Assembly: GCA_005887995.1 (NCBI GenBank) | Contig: VBJD01000025.1 | Coordinates: 18,386 to 82,385, forward strand | Source: Chloroflexota bacterium | Lineage (GTDB): Bacteria; Chloroflexota; Limnocylindria; P2-11E | DNA length: 64,000 bases | Direction of reading: 5' to 3' | In this document: in pieces, positions 9,114-19,469 of the stretch | Position numbering within the stretch: the first letter of the stretch is position 1 | Layout of the letters: every line of letters begins with the position of its first letter | Notes under the pieces: generated by a model | What the model was told of the DNA's origin: nothing | Seen by the model: the letters and a program-made list of their open reading frames with translations, nothing else | Database searches by the model: none | Made by a program: the position numbers and the translations under genes

Positions 9114-11195
9114 ATGGCCGCAGTCACGCCTGATCGGATCCGCAACGTCGCTGTCGTTGGCCACGGTGGCGCGGGCAAGACGACCCTGGTCGAAAGTCTT
9201 CTTCACGCGACCGGCGCGACGACGCGGCTCGGAAAGGTGGACGACGGCACCAGCATCCTCGACACCGACCCCGAAGAGCACAAGCGACGCATCTCGATCA
9301 ATCTCGCCGTCGCCTCGTTCCAGCTGGACGGCGTCAAGCTCAATCTCCTCGACACCCCGGGCTTCGCGGACTTCGCGGGCGACCAGCGCGCGGCACTGCG
9401 CGTCGCCGACGCGGCGATCGTGTTCGTCGACGGGTCCGCCGGCGTGCAGGTCGGAACACAGCTCGTCTGGAACGAGCTCGATAAGGCGAAGACGCCGCGC
9501 ATCGTCGTCGTCGGACGGCTCGACCGCGAGAACGCCGACTTCGACCGTGTCCTCGCGCAGCTCCGCGAGGCGTACGGCATCCGGGTCGTGCCGCTCCACG
9601 TCCCGGTCGGCCACCAACAGAGCATCTCGGGGACGATCGATCTCCTCCACGGCACGGTCCTCAAGGGACCGAAGGACGAACCGGCGCCGACGCCGGACTC
9701 GGAGAAGGATCGTGTCGGCAAGTACCGCCAGCAGCTCGTGGAGGCGATCGTCGAGACCGACGAGGAGCTCCTCACGCGTTACCTCGACGGCAAGGAGATG
9801 TCCTACGACGAGCTTCGCGACGCGCTCCACAAAGCGGTGCGCGAAGGCCAGGTGATCCCGGTCGTCGCCACGTCATCATCGAAGAACGTCGGCTACGCGG
9901 CGCTGCTCGCGACTATCAAGGAGATGCTCCCCTCGCCCGCGGAGACGGGCTCGGTCATCGGAAAGACCGCGTCGGGCGACGAGATCGCGCGCAAGGTCGA
10001 TCCGGGCGAGAAGCTCTCGGCGTTCGTCTTCAAGACGCTCTCGGACCCGTTCGTTGGAAAACTGTCTTTCGTGCGCGTGTACTCCGGGACGCTGCACCAC
10101 AACGCGCAGATCTTCGACGCCGCGAAGGGCGAGTCGGAGCGCGTCGGCCAGGTGTTCTTCGTTCGCGGCAAGGAGCAGGAGCAGACCGACGCCGTCGGTC
10201 CCGGCGATATCTGCGCGATCCCCAAGCTGACCGCGACGTCGACGAACGCGACGCTCACGGACAAGGACGCGCCGATCAAGTTCGACCCGATCGATTTCCC
10301 GTCGCCGTCGTTCTCCGTCGCGATCGAGCCGCAGTCGAAGGTCGACCTCGACAAGCTCGGGACGGCGCTCCACAAACTCACCGACGAGGACCCGTCGCTG
10401 CACGTACGCCGGGACGACGCGACGCACGAGACGATCCTCTCGGGCATCGGAGAATCGGCGATCGACACCGCGGTGCACCACCTGAAGGAGAAGTTCGGGG
10501 TGCAGGTGCTCACCCGCACGCCACGCGTCCCGTACAAGGAGTCCATCCGCCGCAAGACGCAGGCGCAGGGCCGCTACAAGAAGCAGACCGGCGGGCACGG
10601 CATGTTCGGCGACGTGTTCCTCGAGATCGAGCCCCTCGTACCCGGCAGCGGGGTCGAGTACGCGACGCGGATCGTCGGCGGCTCCGTGCCTCGTAATTAC
10701 TGGCCGGCGGTCGAGAAGGGCGTGCGCGAGGCGGCGGAGAAGGGCGTCATCGCCGGTTACCCGCTCTCCGACTTCCGCGCGACGCTGTACGACGGCTCGT
10801 ATCACCAGGTGGACTCGAACGAGATGTCGTTCCGCGTCGCGGGATCGCTCGCGCTGCAGAACTGCGTGAAGGAAGCCGACGCGTACCTGCTCGAGCCGAT
10901 CCACGAGCTCGAGGTACTCGTCCCCGAGGAACAGATGGGTGACGTGCTCGCCGATCTCAATGGACGGCGCGGGCGCGTGCTCGGGATGGAGTCGACAGGC
11001 GCGGGCTACCAGCAGATCAAGGCGCACGTGCCGCTCGCGGAGATCTTCCGCTACGCGACGGACCTTCGCTCGATGACCGGCGGCCGCGGCACGTTCACGT
11101 CGCGCTTCCTCAGCTATGAGGAGTGCCCGTCACACATCGCGCAGAAGGTGATCGCGGCGCACGAGGAGCAGGGCGAGGCGGTCGCGGCGCACTGA
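9114..11195 (+). CDS. Elongation factor G paralogue (EF-G2/FusA2-like)
   Basis: Full EF-G domain layout (IRNVAVVGH..GKTT, DTPG, KKQTGGHG, DGSYHQVDS, LRSMTGGRG). Stand-alone gene outside the str operon, with divergent G motifs. Confidence 0.93.
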   Translation: MAAVTPDRIRNVAVVGHGGAGKTTLVESLLHATGATTRLGKVDDGTSILDTDPEEHKRRISINLAVASFQLDGVKLNLLDTPGFADFAGDQRAALRVADAAIVFVDGSAGVQVGTQLVWNELDKAKTPRIVVVGRLDRENADFDRVLAQLREAYGIRVVPLHVPVGHQQSISGTIDLLHGTVLKGPKDEPAPTPDSEKDRVGKYRQQLVEAIVETDEELLTRYLDGKEMSYDELRDALHKAVREGQVIPVVATSSSKNVGYAALLATIKEMLPSPAETGSVIGKTASGDEIARKVDPGEKLSAFVFKTLSDPFVGKLSFVRVYSGTLHHNAQIFDAAKGESERVGQVFFVRGKEQEQTDAVGPGDICAIPKLTATSTNATLTDKDAPIKFDPIDFPSPSFSVAIEPQSKVDLDKLGTALHKLTDEDPSLHVRRDDATHETILSGIGESAIDTAVHHLKEKFGVQVLTRTPRVPYKESIRRKTQAQGRYKKQTGGHGMFGDVFLEIEPLVPGSGVEYATRIVGGSVPRNYWPAVEKGVREAAEKGVIAGYPLSDFRATLYDGSYHQVDSNEMSFRVAGSLALQNCVKEADAYLLEPIHELEVLVPEEQMGDVLADLNGRRGRVLGMESTGAGYQQIKAHVPLAEIFRYATDLRSMTGGRGTFTSRFLSYEECPSHIAQKVIAAHEEQGEAVAAH

Positions 11196-11200
11196 GCGTG

Positions 11201-11671
11201 ATGCGATCGGTCTATCGGTCGCGGATCTACCGGTCGTGGGTGCCACCGTTGCTGCGCTTCTTCGGGCCGCTGCACGTCCGTCTCTACCGGGCGCTCGGCG
11301 GCCGACTCGTCGGGCATCTCGCGCAGGGAGGCATGCCGGTCCTCCTGCTCACGACCATCGGCCGCTCCACCAGGCGTGAGCGCACGCGGCCGATCGGCTT
11401 CGTTCCTGATGGGGAATCGTGGCTCGTGGTCGGCTCGAACGGTGCGTTACCGCGGGATCCGGGCTGGATCAGCAATATCCGCGCGCACCCGTCCGTGTTC
11501 GTCGAGCTCGGCAGAGGACGTCTTGCGGCCCACGCGGCGATCCTCCAAGGTCCCGAACGAGAGCGGGCCTGGCGGACGGTGGCCTCCCGCTACCGGTTCT
11601 TCGAGACGTATCAGTCCGCTGTGAGGCGAGAGCTTCCGCTCGTACGCCTGCGCGCGAACCCTGTTAGCTGA
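11201..11671 (+). CDS. Deazaflavin (F420)-dependent nitroreductase family protein (Ddn-like)
   Basis: PVLLLTTIGRSTRRER, VVGSNGALPRDPGWISNIRAHP and YQSAVRRELPLV motifs. Confidence 0.88.
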   Translation: MRSVYRSRIYRSWVPPLLRFFGPLHVRLYRALGGRLVGHLAQGGMPVLLLTTIGRSTRRERTRPIGFVPDGESWLVVGSNGALPRDPGWISNIRAHPSVFVELGRGRLAAHAAILQGPERERAWRTVASRYRFFETYQSAVRRELPLVRLRANPVS

Positions 11672-12599
11672 CGTCGAGCGTGGCACGCGCGAGGGCGAGC
11701 GTCCGCGCGGCGGTCCAGCGCGCGTTGTCCCATTCCTCGCGACCGGCCTGGTACGCGATGTGGCTAATACCGATGTCCAGCTCGCAGCAGCGCAGGCGTT
11801 CCCGGAAGGCAGGTATCCGCAGGTCGATCGCCGCGTAGTGGCGCTCGACCTCTCGCCGAATGTCGATGTCGCCCCACCGCTTCGCATACCACGGCCACCA
11901 GAACGTGAGCAGGGCGACGTCGTACAGGAAGTCGCCGAAGATCGAGGCGCCCCAGTCCAGTAGGACGACGCCGTGGCCATCCGTGAGGACGTTGAAGTAG
12001 AGGAGATCGTTGTGCACGAGATGGCGCTCCTCGGGGCACGACGGCAGCAGCTGATGCATCCGCGCGAGAGCGGCGTCGAACTCGGCCGCGCCGATCCGCG
12101 AGGCGGCAAGTCGCGCGCGCTGCGCAGCGCGCTCGCCGGGCGCGTCTTCCCGCACGAGCGTGTCCCGCCACGAGGCGTGATCGCCCGCTCCATTCCCGTG
12201 CCACAGGCCGAATCCACGCGTACCGGCGAGGTCGGCCTCACGCATCGCGTCCATGGCCGCGAAAAGCGGCGGCAGCACCTCGCGCATTCCCGCGCGATCG
12301 AGGTCATCGATCGGCGTCCCGCTCACGCGCTCTGAGATGCCATAGGCACCTTGCGGTAGGTCTCCGATCTCCACGATCCGAGGTGTCCGCAGCGGCTCAG
12401 ATACCCAGCGCTGCGCGAAGCGATCTTTCTCGAGGTCGTCGCGCCGGTCGTGGAATCGCACGACGTAGTCTCGTCCGGCCTCACGGAACGCGAAGACGGT
12501 CGACCACGCGCCGCCTTTCAACGGCGTGATGTCATGCGGGTCGTGACCGCGCGCGCGGAGCTGCGTGGCCGCTTCTCCAGCGGACACCGACATCGGCAT
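11664..12599 (-). CDS. Aminoglycoside phosphotransferase (APH/choline kinase) family protein
   Basis: LVHNDL...NVL and LLDWG...GDFLYDVA motifs. Confidence 0.88.
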   Translation of the reverse strand: MPMSVSAGEAATQLRARGHDPHDITPLKGGAWSTVFAFREAGRDYVVRFHDRRDDLEKDRFAQRWVSEPLRTPRIVEIGDLPQGAYGISERVSGTPIDDLDRAGMREVLPPLFAAMDAMREADLAGTRGFGLWHGNGAGDHASWRDTLVREDAPGERAAQRARLAASRIGAAEFDAALARMHQLLPSCPEERHLVHNDLLYFNVLTDGHGVVLLDWGASIFGDFLYDVALLTFWWPWYAKRWGDIDIRREVERHYAAIDLRIPAFRERLRCCELDIGISHIAYQAGREEWDNARWTAARTLALARATLDVS

Positions 12600-12616
12600 T
12601 CGACGACGCTACGCGG

Positions 12617-13408
12617 TCAGCGGCTCCTGAGCCATTCGAGGCGGTGCGCGGTGCGCGGGGCGGACTCCCCGATGAGCGGCGCGAGCGATCCCCACGCGGC
12701 GATGCCGAGCGTGACGAGAGGCTGAAGCGCCTCGACCGCGTCTCGGTCGTGCGGCCCATATGCGTCGAGAGCGGCCCTCATCTCGTCCTCGAGCATTCCG
12801 AACACGACCCAACGGTGGATCATCGACGCGATATCCCACTCGCGCGGCCCATGGCACGCCTCGTCGAAGTCCTGCCACACGCCGCCCGCGAGCACGTTCT
12901 CGAAGTGCGCGTCTCCGTGGATCGCCTGCGCGCGGAGCGCAGGGAATTCGAGACGACGCGCGAGATCGCGGAGGAGCTCAGCGGTCTCGCCCCCCACAAG
13001 GTCGGCGATGCGCAGGGCCTCCGGCCTCGGATCGCAGGGGCGCAACGCGCCGTTGAACGCCGCGGCACCCTCATGGAACTCCCGCAAAGCGCTGCCGGCC
13101 TCACGCGGCGATGCGGTTTCGCCCGTGCGATACGTCCAGAACGTCACGTAGCGTCCGGACGCCACGTGCGGGCCCGGATCGATCACGGCCGATGGCGCGA
13201 CGGCGCGGCTGCCGAGCGCCTTCGCGAGCGCGATGCCGCCGGCGAGCGCGTCGGGCGAACGCACGAGATGCGCGAGCCGCGTGACACGCGCGACGACCGG
13301 CGCCGGCCGAAGATGCACGAGGACGTTCGTGCCGCGGCCCAGCACGATGCCCTCGTCGAAGCCGAGACCGAGCGTGCGCGCGAGTGTGGTCGCGAGCTCT
13401 TGTTCCAC
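12617..13408 (-). CDS. APH family phosphotransferase
   Basis: NVLVHLRPAPVVARV, IHGDAHFENVL and DFDEACHGPREWDIA motifs; GTG start at 13408. Confidence 0.85.
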   Translation of the reverse strand: MEQELATTLARTLGLGFDEGIVLGRGTNVLVHLRPAPVVARVTRLAHLVRSPDALAGGIALAKALGSRAVAPSAVIDPGPHVASGRYVTFWTYRTGETASPREAGSALREFHEGAAAFNGALRPCDPRPEALRIADLVGGETAELLRDLARRLEFPALRAQAIHGDAHFENVLAGGVWQDFDEACHGPREWDIASMIHRWVVFGMLEDEMRAALDAYGPHDRDAVEALQPLVTLGIAAWGSLAPLIGESAPRTAHRLEWLRSR

Positions 13409-13419
13409 GCGGCCGCGCT

Positions 13420-15276
13420 CTAGGCGGCGAGCGTGTCGTGGAGCCAGTCGAGGACGAGCGAGAAGCGGCGGATCTTCGCCTGGATGTCGACGCTGCCGTG
13501 GCCCTCGTCGTCCCACTCGACGTAGGTGAAGTCCTCGCCCTCGCGCCTACCGAGCTCGCGCAGACGATCGACGAACAGGCGCGACTGCGACACCGGGCAA
13601 CGCGGATCGTTCGTGCCGTGGAGGATGAGGAGCTTCGCGGTGACCTGATCCGCGAACTCGACCGCGCTGCGGTCGCGCCATAGCGCGCGGTCTGCCTCGG
13701 GATCGCCCATCTGCGTGCGCAGGAAGTGGCGGAAGTGCTGCTTCGACTCCGCCCACATCGCGTGAAGGTCGGTCACCCCGTATGACGGGACCGCGGCCTT
13801 CCAGAGGTGCGCCTTCTTCGTCGCGGCGATGAACGACATGAAACCGCCGTAGCTTCCGCCCATGATCCCGATGCGCTCACCGTCGACGTGCGGCAGCGAA
13901 CGCAGGTAGCGCACGGCGCCCTCGATGTCCTCGAGGTCGATGCCGCCCCAATCCTTGAGCGCGGCGTCACGATGCGGGACGCCGTAGCCGGTGCTGCCGC
14001 GAACGTTGGGCTGGATGACGAAGAACCCGCGATCGACGAGCGCTTGCGCGAACTGGTCGAAGGTGCGCGTCCACTGGCCCGTCGGTCCACCGTGCGCCTG
14101 CACCATCGCCGGACGCCGCTCACCTCGTGCGATGTCGCGCGGCGCGTAGAGGAGCGCGGGGATCTGCGTGCCGTCCGTCGAGGGATACCAGATGTGTTGT
14201 CCTTCGACGAATCGATCGGGGTCGATCGCGCCGTACTCGGGCGCGACAAGCGCCTCCATCTTTCCGCTCGCGAGGTCGTGCAGGAAGAGTCCCACGCGTG
14301 TCGCGCTCGTGTTGTGCGAGTAGGCGATGCGATCCTCGTCGACCCAATCCGCCAGACCGATCACGCCGGGTGGGATGCGCGCGACGCGCTCGCGCCCGGT
14401 CGCGATGTCGTACGAGACGAGCTCCTGGGCCGCGTCGACGAGCCGCGAGACGAGCAATTGGCGGCCTGAGGGCGACAGCTCCTCGGCGTGTTCGTCACGT
14501 GTGCCGTCGCCAAACCAGCGGACCTCGCCCGATTCGAGTGTGAGGATGCCGGCGCGCTGCGTGCCGGACGCGTCGCTCTGCACGACGACCCGCTTGCCGT
14601 CGGACAGCCAGCGCATGACGAGGTCGATGGCGCCCCTCGCGACGCGGAAGACGCGGCGCGCCTCGCTGCCATCGGGCCGCAGGACGTAGCCGTCGCGGTT
14701 GCGCGTCCCAGGCGCCTCTTCGTCGGTGTTGAAGAGCAGCCACTTCCCGTCGGGGCTCCAGCGGCCGCCGCTTGCCGGCGACGTGTACGTCGTGAGCGGC
14801 GCGAGTTCACCGCCGTCGGCGCGCATGCGCCAGACGTTCATCTGACCGGGCGTGTCGGGCTCGGACGGGTGACGTCCGTTCGAGTTCACCGTGAGCCACG
14901 CGCCATCGGGTGAGAACTCGATCGCGTGCTTCTCGCTCTTTGGGTCATTCGTGAGGCGCGTGACCTTGCCGCTGTGGGCGTCGATGCGGTAGAGGTCGTG
15001 GTTCTCGTTGCCCTTCTCGTCGCGCGCGAACACGAGCGCGGAATCGTCCGGCGTCCAGACATAGAACGAGCGCAGCGCGCGAGGCGGCTCGCCGCGCGAG
15101 AGCTGACGAACCTCGCGCGTCTTCAGATCGAGGATGTACAGCTCGATGCGGCCGCTCTTGTCCCAGTAGAACGCGACCTTGTCGCGGCGATGCGAGAGGA
15201 CCGGGTGGTACAGCGACGGCAGCGACCAGAGCTCGCGAACGTCGATGTAGCCCCGCGCCGGAGCGGTCGTCGCCAT
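13420..15276 (-). CDS. S9 family peptidase (prolyl oligopeptidase/acylaminoacyl peptidase) with a beta-propeller domain
   Basis: HGGP, NVRGSTGYG, GGSYGG (Ser), GTNDPRC (Asp) and DEGH (His) motifs; PD40-like repeats. Confidence 0.95.
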   Translation of the reverse strand: MATTAPARGYIDVRELWSLPSLYHPVLSHRRDKVAFYWDKSGRIELYILDLKTREVRQLSRGEPPRALRSFYVWTPDDSALVFARDEKGNENHDLYRIDAHSGKVTRLTNDPKSEKHAIEFSPDGAWLTVNSNGRHPSEPDTPGQMNVWRMRADGGELAPLTTYTSPASGGRWSPDGKWLLFNTDEEAPGTRNRDGYVLRPDGSEARRVFRVARGAIDLVMRWLSDGKRVVVQSDASGTQRAGILTLESGEVRWFGDGTRDEHAEELSPSGRQLLVSRLVDAAQELVSYDIATGRERVARIPPGVIGLADWVDEDRIAYSHNTSATRVGLFLHDLASGKMEALVAPEYGAIDPDRFVEGQHIWYPSTDGTQIPALLYAPRDIARGERRPAMVQAHGGPTGQWTRTFDQFAQALVDRGFFVIQPNVRGSTGYGVPHRDAALKDWGGIDLEDIEGAVRYLRSLPHVDGERIGIMGGSYGGFMSFIAATKKAHLWKAAVPSYGVTDLHAMWAESKQHFRHFLRTQMGDPEADRALWRDRSAVEFADQVTAKLLILHGTNDPRCPVSQSRLFVDRLRELGRREGEDFTYVEWDDEGHGSVDIQAKIRRFSLVLDWLHDTLAA

Positions 15277-15300
15277 GCGGTGCCCGATGGTACGCGTTCG

Positions 15301-16545
15301 TTAAGGAATGTCGACGACGATGCGACGCGAGAAGTACGAGAGCAGCCACTCGATGAGCAGCGTCGCGCGACTGCGCGTGCCGACGAGCTGCATGAGGTAG
15401 TTCGTCCGCCACACGGTCCAGGCGAGGATGCCGGAGAGCACCAGGTGACCTGGCCACTCGAACTCCGCGGCCGCGCTGGTGCGACCGAGCGCGACGAGGT
15501 CACCCTTGCGCTTGTACCGATATGGCTCAAGCGGCTCGCGGCGCACGAGGTGCGCGATGTTCTTCGCCGCCGCCGGCGCCTGGAGCACGGCGACCTGCGC
15601 GAGCATCGGGAGCGGCGCGCCGTGGTAGTCGAATGCCGCGGCGTCGCCGAGGGCCAGTACGTCGTCGCGGCCGCCCGCTCGGAAGAACTGGTCGACGACG
15701 ATCCGGCCGTCCTTCGCCTTCGGCAGATCGAGCGCCGCGAGGAGCGGGTTGGACCTCACGCCGCCGGCCCAGATGACGGTGTGCGCCTTGATGAACAGAC
15801 CGTCCTTCGTGCGCAAGCCGTCGGCCGTGACCTCCGCCGCGAGCGTCCGTAAGCGCACGTCGGTGCCGAGCTGTCGCAGACGCCGGAGCGAGATCTCCGA
15901 AAGCCGCGGGTCCATCTGCGGCACGACGCGATCCGCGCCGTCGATGAGTGTGATGCTCGGCTCGCGGCGCATGTCGATCGTCGGGTAGATCGGACGGAGC
16001 GTGTGGTCCATGAGATCGCGCATCGACGCCGAGAGCTCGACGCCCACAGGACCCGCGCCGACGATCACGAACGAGAGCAGCTCCTTGCGCTTCGCCGCGT
16101 CCGGCTCGGAACCGGCTTCCTCGAAGACCGACAGGATGCGGTGGCGCAACGCACGCCCGTCGGTCAGCCACTTCACGACCAGCGCGTGCTCCTTCACTCC
16201 AGCGATGCCGAAGTCGTTCGTCACCGAGCCTGGCGCGACGACGACGTGGTCGTACGGGAACTCGCCCTCACTCGTATGAACGACGCGCCCGGCGAGATCG
16301 ATGCCCGCGACCTCGGCTCGCACGAACCGGAAGCCATGACGCGCGAGGGGCACGCGCAGCGGATACGCGACGGCGTGCGGCGGAAGCTCCCCCGTCGCGA
16401 CCTGGTAGAGGAGCGGGGTGAAGAGATGGAAGTTGTTGCGGTCGATGAGCGTGACCTCGGCTTCGTCCGCGCGGATGCGACCGGCGAGATAGCGGATGAG
16501 GTGCAGCCCGGCGAACCCGCCGCCGATCACAACGACCCTCTTCAT
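15301..16545 (-). CDS. ndh: Type II NADH:quinone oxidoreductase-like NAD(P)/FAD oxidoreductase
   Basis: GGGFAG, FTPLLYQVATG, GAGPVGVE, WAGGV, ALGD and AQVA motifs; ATG 16545 overlaps the upstream stop. Confidence 0.88.
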   Translation of the reverse strand: MKRVVVIGGGFAGLHLIRYLAGRIRADEAEVTLIDRNNFHLFTPLLYQVATGELPPHAVAYPLRVPLARHGFRFVRAEVAGIDLAGRVVHTSEGEFPYDHVVVAPGSVTNDFGIAGVKEHALVVKWLTDGRALRHRILSVFEEAGSEPDAAKRKELLSFVIVGAGPVGVELSASMRDLMDHTLRPIYPTIDMRREPSITLIDGADRVVPQMDPRLSEISLRRLRQLGTDVRLRTLAAEVTADGLRTKDGLFIKAHTVIWAGGVRSNPLLAALDLPKAKDGRIVVDQFFRAGGRDDVLALGDAAAFDYHGAPLPMLAQVAVLQAPAAAKNIAHLVRREPLEPYRYKRKGDLVALGRTSAAAEFEWPGHLVLSGILAWTVWRTNYLMQLVGTRSRATLLIEWLLSYFSRRIVVDIP

Positions 16546-17702
16546 GCGTCGAGTGCTCGCCGCCAACCGCGAGGCACCTTGTCATACACGATGTTCCGCA
16601 GGCCGAGCCACCGCCCGAGGCGGCGCACCTCGCGCGACACGACCTCGGCCGCGGCGGCGGTCGTGCCCCGCTCGGCGTGCAGCGCGAGCACGCGCAAGGT
16701 CCCGGTCTGGGGCTCGCGCCGCGCGTCGAAGCGCGCGACGAAGCGATCGCCGTACAGCACCGGAAGGACGTAGTAACCCCAACGACGCTTCGGCGGCGGC
16801 ACGTAGATCTCCAGCTTGTAATCGAAGTCGAAGAACTCGCGCGATCGCACGCGATCGTGGATGAGACGATCGAACGGCGAGAGCACGGAGCTGCGGCCGC
16901 GGAACCGGCGCTCGAGAAGGGGCGTCGACACGTAAAAACTCCCGCGCAGGCCTTCGACCGTCGCCTCGCGCGCCTTGCCCTCTCGGACAAGATCGGCCAG
17001 CGCCTTCTCCCACCCGCTCGGGACGTCGAACGAGGACCCGAGCTCCTTCGCTCGCGCGATGCCAAACGCGGCGAGCCGCCGCGACATCACCTCGCGCGCG
17101 GCCCGGCTCTCGCTGACGGCTCGAACGCCGCGCGGGTACCAGTCCCTGCCGAGCGCCCAGATCCGTTCCTGCCCGTCGCGGCCGACGATCGCCACCTCAC
17201 CCGTCGAGAGAAGCCCTTCGAGCATGCGCGAGACGTTCTTGTCCTTGTTCCAACCGGTCGAGACGTACGACACGCTTGCGGCGTCCGCGATCTCGCGCGA
17301 CGGGAGCGGCCCGCGCGCGAGCTGGCGGAGGACGCGTCGGCGGAAGCCGTCGTTCTCCTCCATCCACCGCACGAGGTAGTTCCGCCAGTAGTTCTGCTTT
17401 CGGCGCACCCGCGCCATCGTGTGGCGATAGATCGCCAGGTCAGCCATCGGACAGATGAACGCGAAATACTCGAAGAGCTTCCGCTCCTTCCACATGACCC
17501 GCTCGAGCTCGGCGCGGTCGAACGCGCCGAGGCGGGAGTAGAGCACGAGGTGCTCGGTGCGAGCCACGACGGCGGTGGGGTCGATCTGCACGCGGCCGAG
17601 GCCGCGCACGGTGTCGACGATGCCGTCGGGACGCTCAGCGTCGAGCAGCTGGCCCATGATGGCGAGCTGCGCGGCGCGCTCTCGGCTGAGCTGCAGCGTC
17701 AT
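16542..17702 (-). CDS. YcaQ/AlkZ-family winged-helix DNA crosslink glycosylase (HTH_42)
   Basis: VQIDP, LYSRLG, LSPFDRL and FDFDYKLEIYVPPPKRRWGYYVLPVL motifs; ATG at 17702. Confidence 0.92.
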   Translation of the reverse strand: MTLQLSRERAAQLAIMGQLLDAERPDGIVDTVRGLGRVQIDPTAVVARTEHLVLYSRLGAFDRAELERVMWKERKLFEYFAFICPMADLAIYRHTMARVRRKQNYWRNYLVRWMEENDGFRRRVLRQLARGPLPSREIADAASVSYVSTGWNKDKNVSRMLEGLLSTGEVAIVGRDGQERIWALGRDWYPRGVRAVSESRAAREVMSRRLAAFGIARAKELGSSFDVPSGWEKALADLVREGKAREATVEGLRGSFYVSTPLLERRFRGRSSVLSPFDRLIHDRVRSREFFDFDYKLEIYVPPPKRRWGYYVLPVLYGDRFVARFDARREPQTGTLRVLALHAERGTTAAAAEVVSREVRRLGRWLGLRNIVYDKVPRGWRRALDA

Positions 17703-19462
17703 GTTCGTTTCCCCGCGGATTCGAGACGCTCGAGCTCGCCGAGGTACGACTTCGTGATCGGGTCGTTCGCGTCGAGCCGCGCCGCGCGCTCGAGCCGTGC
17801 CCTCGCGCTTGCGAGGTCGCCCGCACGAAGGTGCGCGAACCCGGCGTCTGCGAGGTACGCCGGGTCTTCCGGTCGCAGCGACGCGGCGTGGTCGAGGGCG
17901 CGCAGCGCGTCCGCGGTCTCCTCGTTCATGAGGTGCGCGACGCCGAGTTCGTGCAGCGCGTCCGGTTGATCGGGCGAGAGCTCGAGCACGCGACGGAACG
18001 CTGACTGCGCGGTCGCCGCGTCGCCGCGCTGACGCGCGACGATCCCGAGGCCGAAGTGCGCTTCCCACAGGTCCGGGTCGACGGCGAGCGCGCGCTCGAA
18101 CACGACCTTCGCATCATCGAGTGCCTTCGCGTCGCCCGCGAGCGCAGCCTGTCCGGCGCGTTCGAGATCGCGCTCGAGCGCCGGCTCACGCAGACCGAAG
18201 CGCAAACGTCGCGCGTGACCCGCGACCTCGCCCGTCACATCCGCTTGCAGGAGCCGGTCAAGCTCTGCCCCTGCGCGCTCGTGATCGCCGGACGCGATGA
18301 GCACACGCGCGAGGTTGAGGCGCACCGCGCCCGGACCTCCGCTCGCGAGCGCGTCCTCATAGTGGCGCACGGCCTCGCTCGTCTCACCGCGCGCGTGGAG
18401 CGCCGCACCGTACGACGCGTGCAGTTCCCAGCTCGTCGTACCGCGCTCGACCGCACGCGCGAACGCCGCGCCGCCTGACTCGAGGTCACCGCGCTGGAAC
18501 GAGATGATCGCGAGGAGCTCCTGCGCCGCGCCGTAGGCGTCGCTCTGCGGTGTGATCCGGCGCAGATGTGCGAGGGCTGGCGCCCGCGCGCCCGCGTTCG
18601 CGTAGAGCTCCGCGAGTCGGACGAGGTCCTTCTCGGGCAGCGCGTGGAGCGACCGCGCGTGCTCGAAGGCGACGATCGCGCCGTTGGCATCGCCGGACTC
18701 CGCGCGCAGCTGTCCCAGCAGATAGTGAGCGCGCCACGAGCGCGGCCGGACGGCGGTCAGATCCTCGAGCGCGCGTATCTCGTCCGCGAACGTGCCGCGC
18801 TCGAGCGCCTCAGCAGCGATCACGAGCACCCGCTCCTCCGGCGCGATCGCGTCCGGATCGGCGCGCACGGCATCGACGTAGCGCGCGAGCGCCGCGCGCA
18901 GCGCGGCCGCGGCGCGGCCGGCGTCCGACGGGCGCAGCAGCGTCGCGTTCACTTCCTCGTCCATCGCCTCGAGAAGCGCGGCGTATGCCTTCTCGTTCGC
19001 CACGGCTGGCGCCAGGTACTGGGGTTCTCTGGAAGCACGTGCGCCGCTCGCCTCGGCGATCCATTCGCCGATCTCGTTTTCGACGAGGTGGAGGTGTCCG
19101 GACGCGATGACGAATGCCCGGTCCTCGATCTTGGCGCGCGTCGCCACATCGATGAGGCTCGCTTCGACGCGGCGCTCGCCCTCTGATTCGACGTACATAC
19201 CGACGACGGCATGGGTCGCTCCCAGCGAGGCGCCGTACTGTGCCGCAAGATCGGGCCCCGGCGTCGAGCCGAGGATCAAGTGGCCCTCGCCACTGCCCTC
19301 CGTCGGCATCGTGACGACGAAGACCGGTCGGAGCTCGATGGTCTCGTCGGCGGGAAGTCGCTCCACGAGCCGGCGCGCGATCTGCCGCGCCCAGGCGCCG
19401 CGGCGCGCATCGGGCGCGCGCGTGCCGAACGGGACGACCGCGACGATCGGATGTGACCGCAT
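17699..19462 (-). CDS. Tetratricopeptide repeat protein with a TolB-N-like alpha/beta N-terminal domain
   Basis: Multiple TPR-like repeats (WRAHYLLGQL, WEAHFGLG, ALHELG); N-terminal VAVVPF. Confidence 0.8.
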   Translation of the reverse strand: MRSHPIVAVVPFGTRAPDARRGAWARQIARRLVERLPADETIELRPVFVVTMPTEGSGEGHLILGSTPGPDLAAQYGASLGATHAVVGMYVESEGERRVEASLIDVATRAKIEDRAFVIASGHLHLVENEIGEWIAEASGARASREPQYLAPAVANEKAYAALLEAMDEEVNATLLRPSDAGRAAAALRAALARYVDAVRADPDAIAPEERVLVIAAEALERGTFADEIRALEDLTAVRPRSWRAHYLLGQLRAESGDANGAIVAFEHARSLHALPEKDLVRLAELYANAGARAPALAHLRRITPQSDAYGAAQELLAIISFQRGDLESGGAAFARAVERGTTSWELHASYGAALHARGETSEAVRHYEDALASGGPGAVRLNLARVLIASGDHERAGAELDRLLQADVTGEVAGHARRLRFGLREPALERDLERAGQAALAGDAKALDDAKVVFERALAVDPDLWEAHFGLGIVARQRGDAATAQSAFRRVLELSPDQPDALHELGVAHLMNEETADALRALDHAASLRPEDPAYLADAGFAHLRAGDLASARARLERAARLDANDPITKSYLGELERLESAGKRT

Positions 19463-19469
19463 CGCCGAG

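Noticed and set aside
11664..13408. Aminoglycoside resistance genes
   Set aside because: Only generic APH/choline-kinase motifs; no recognisable resistance allele or mobile context.
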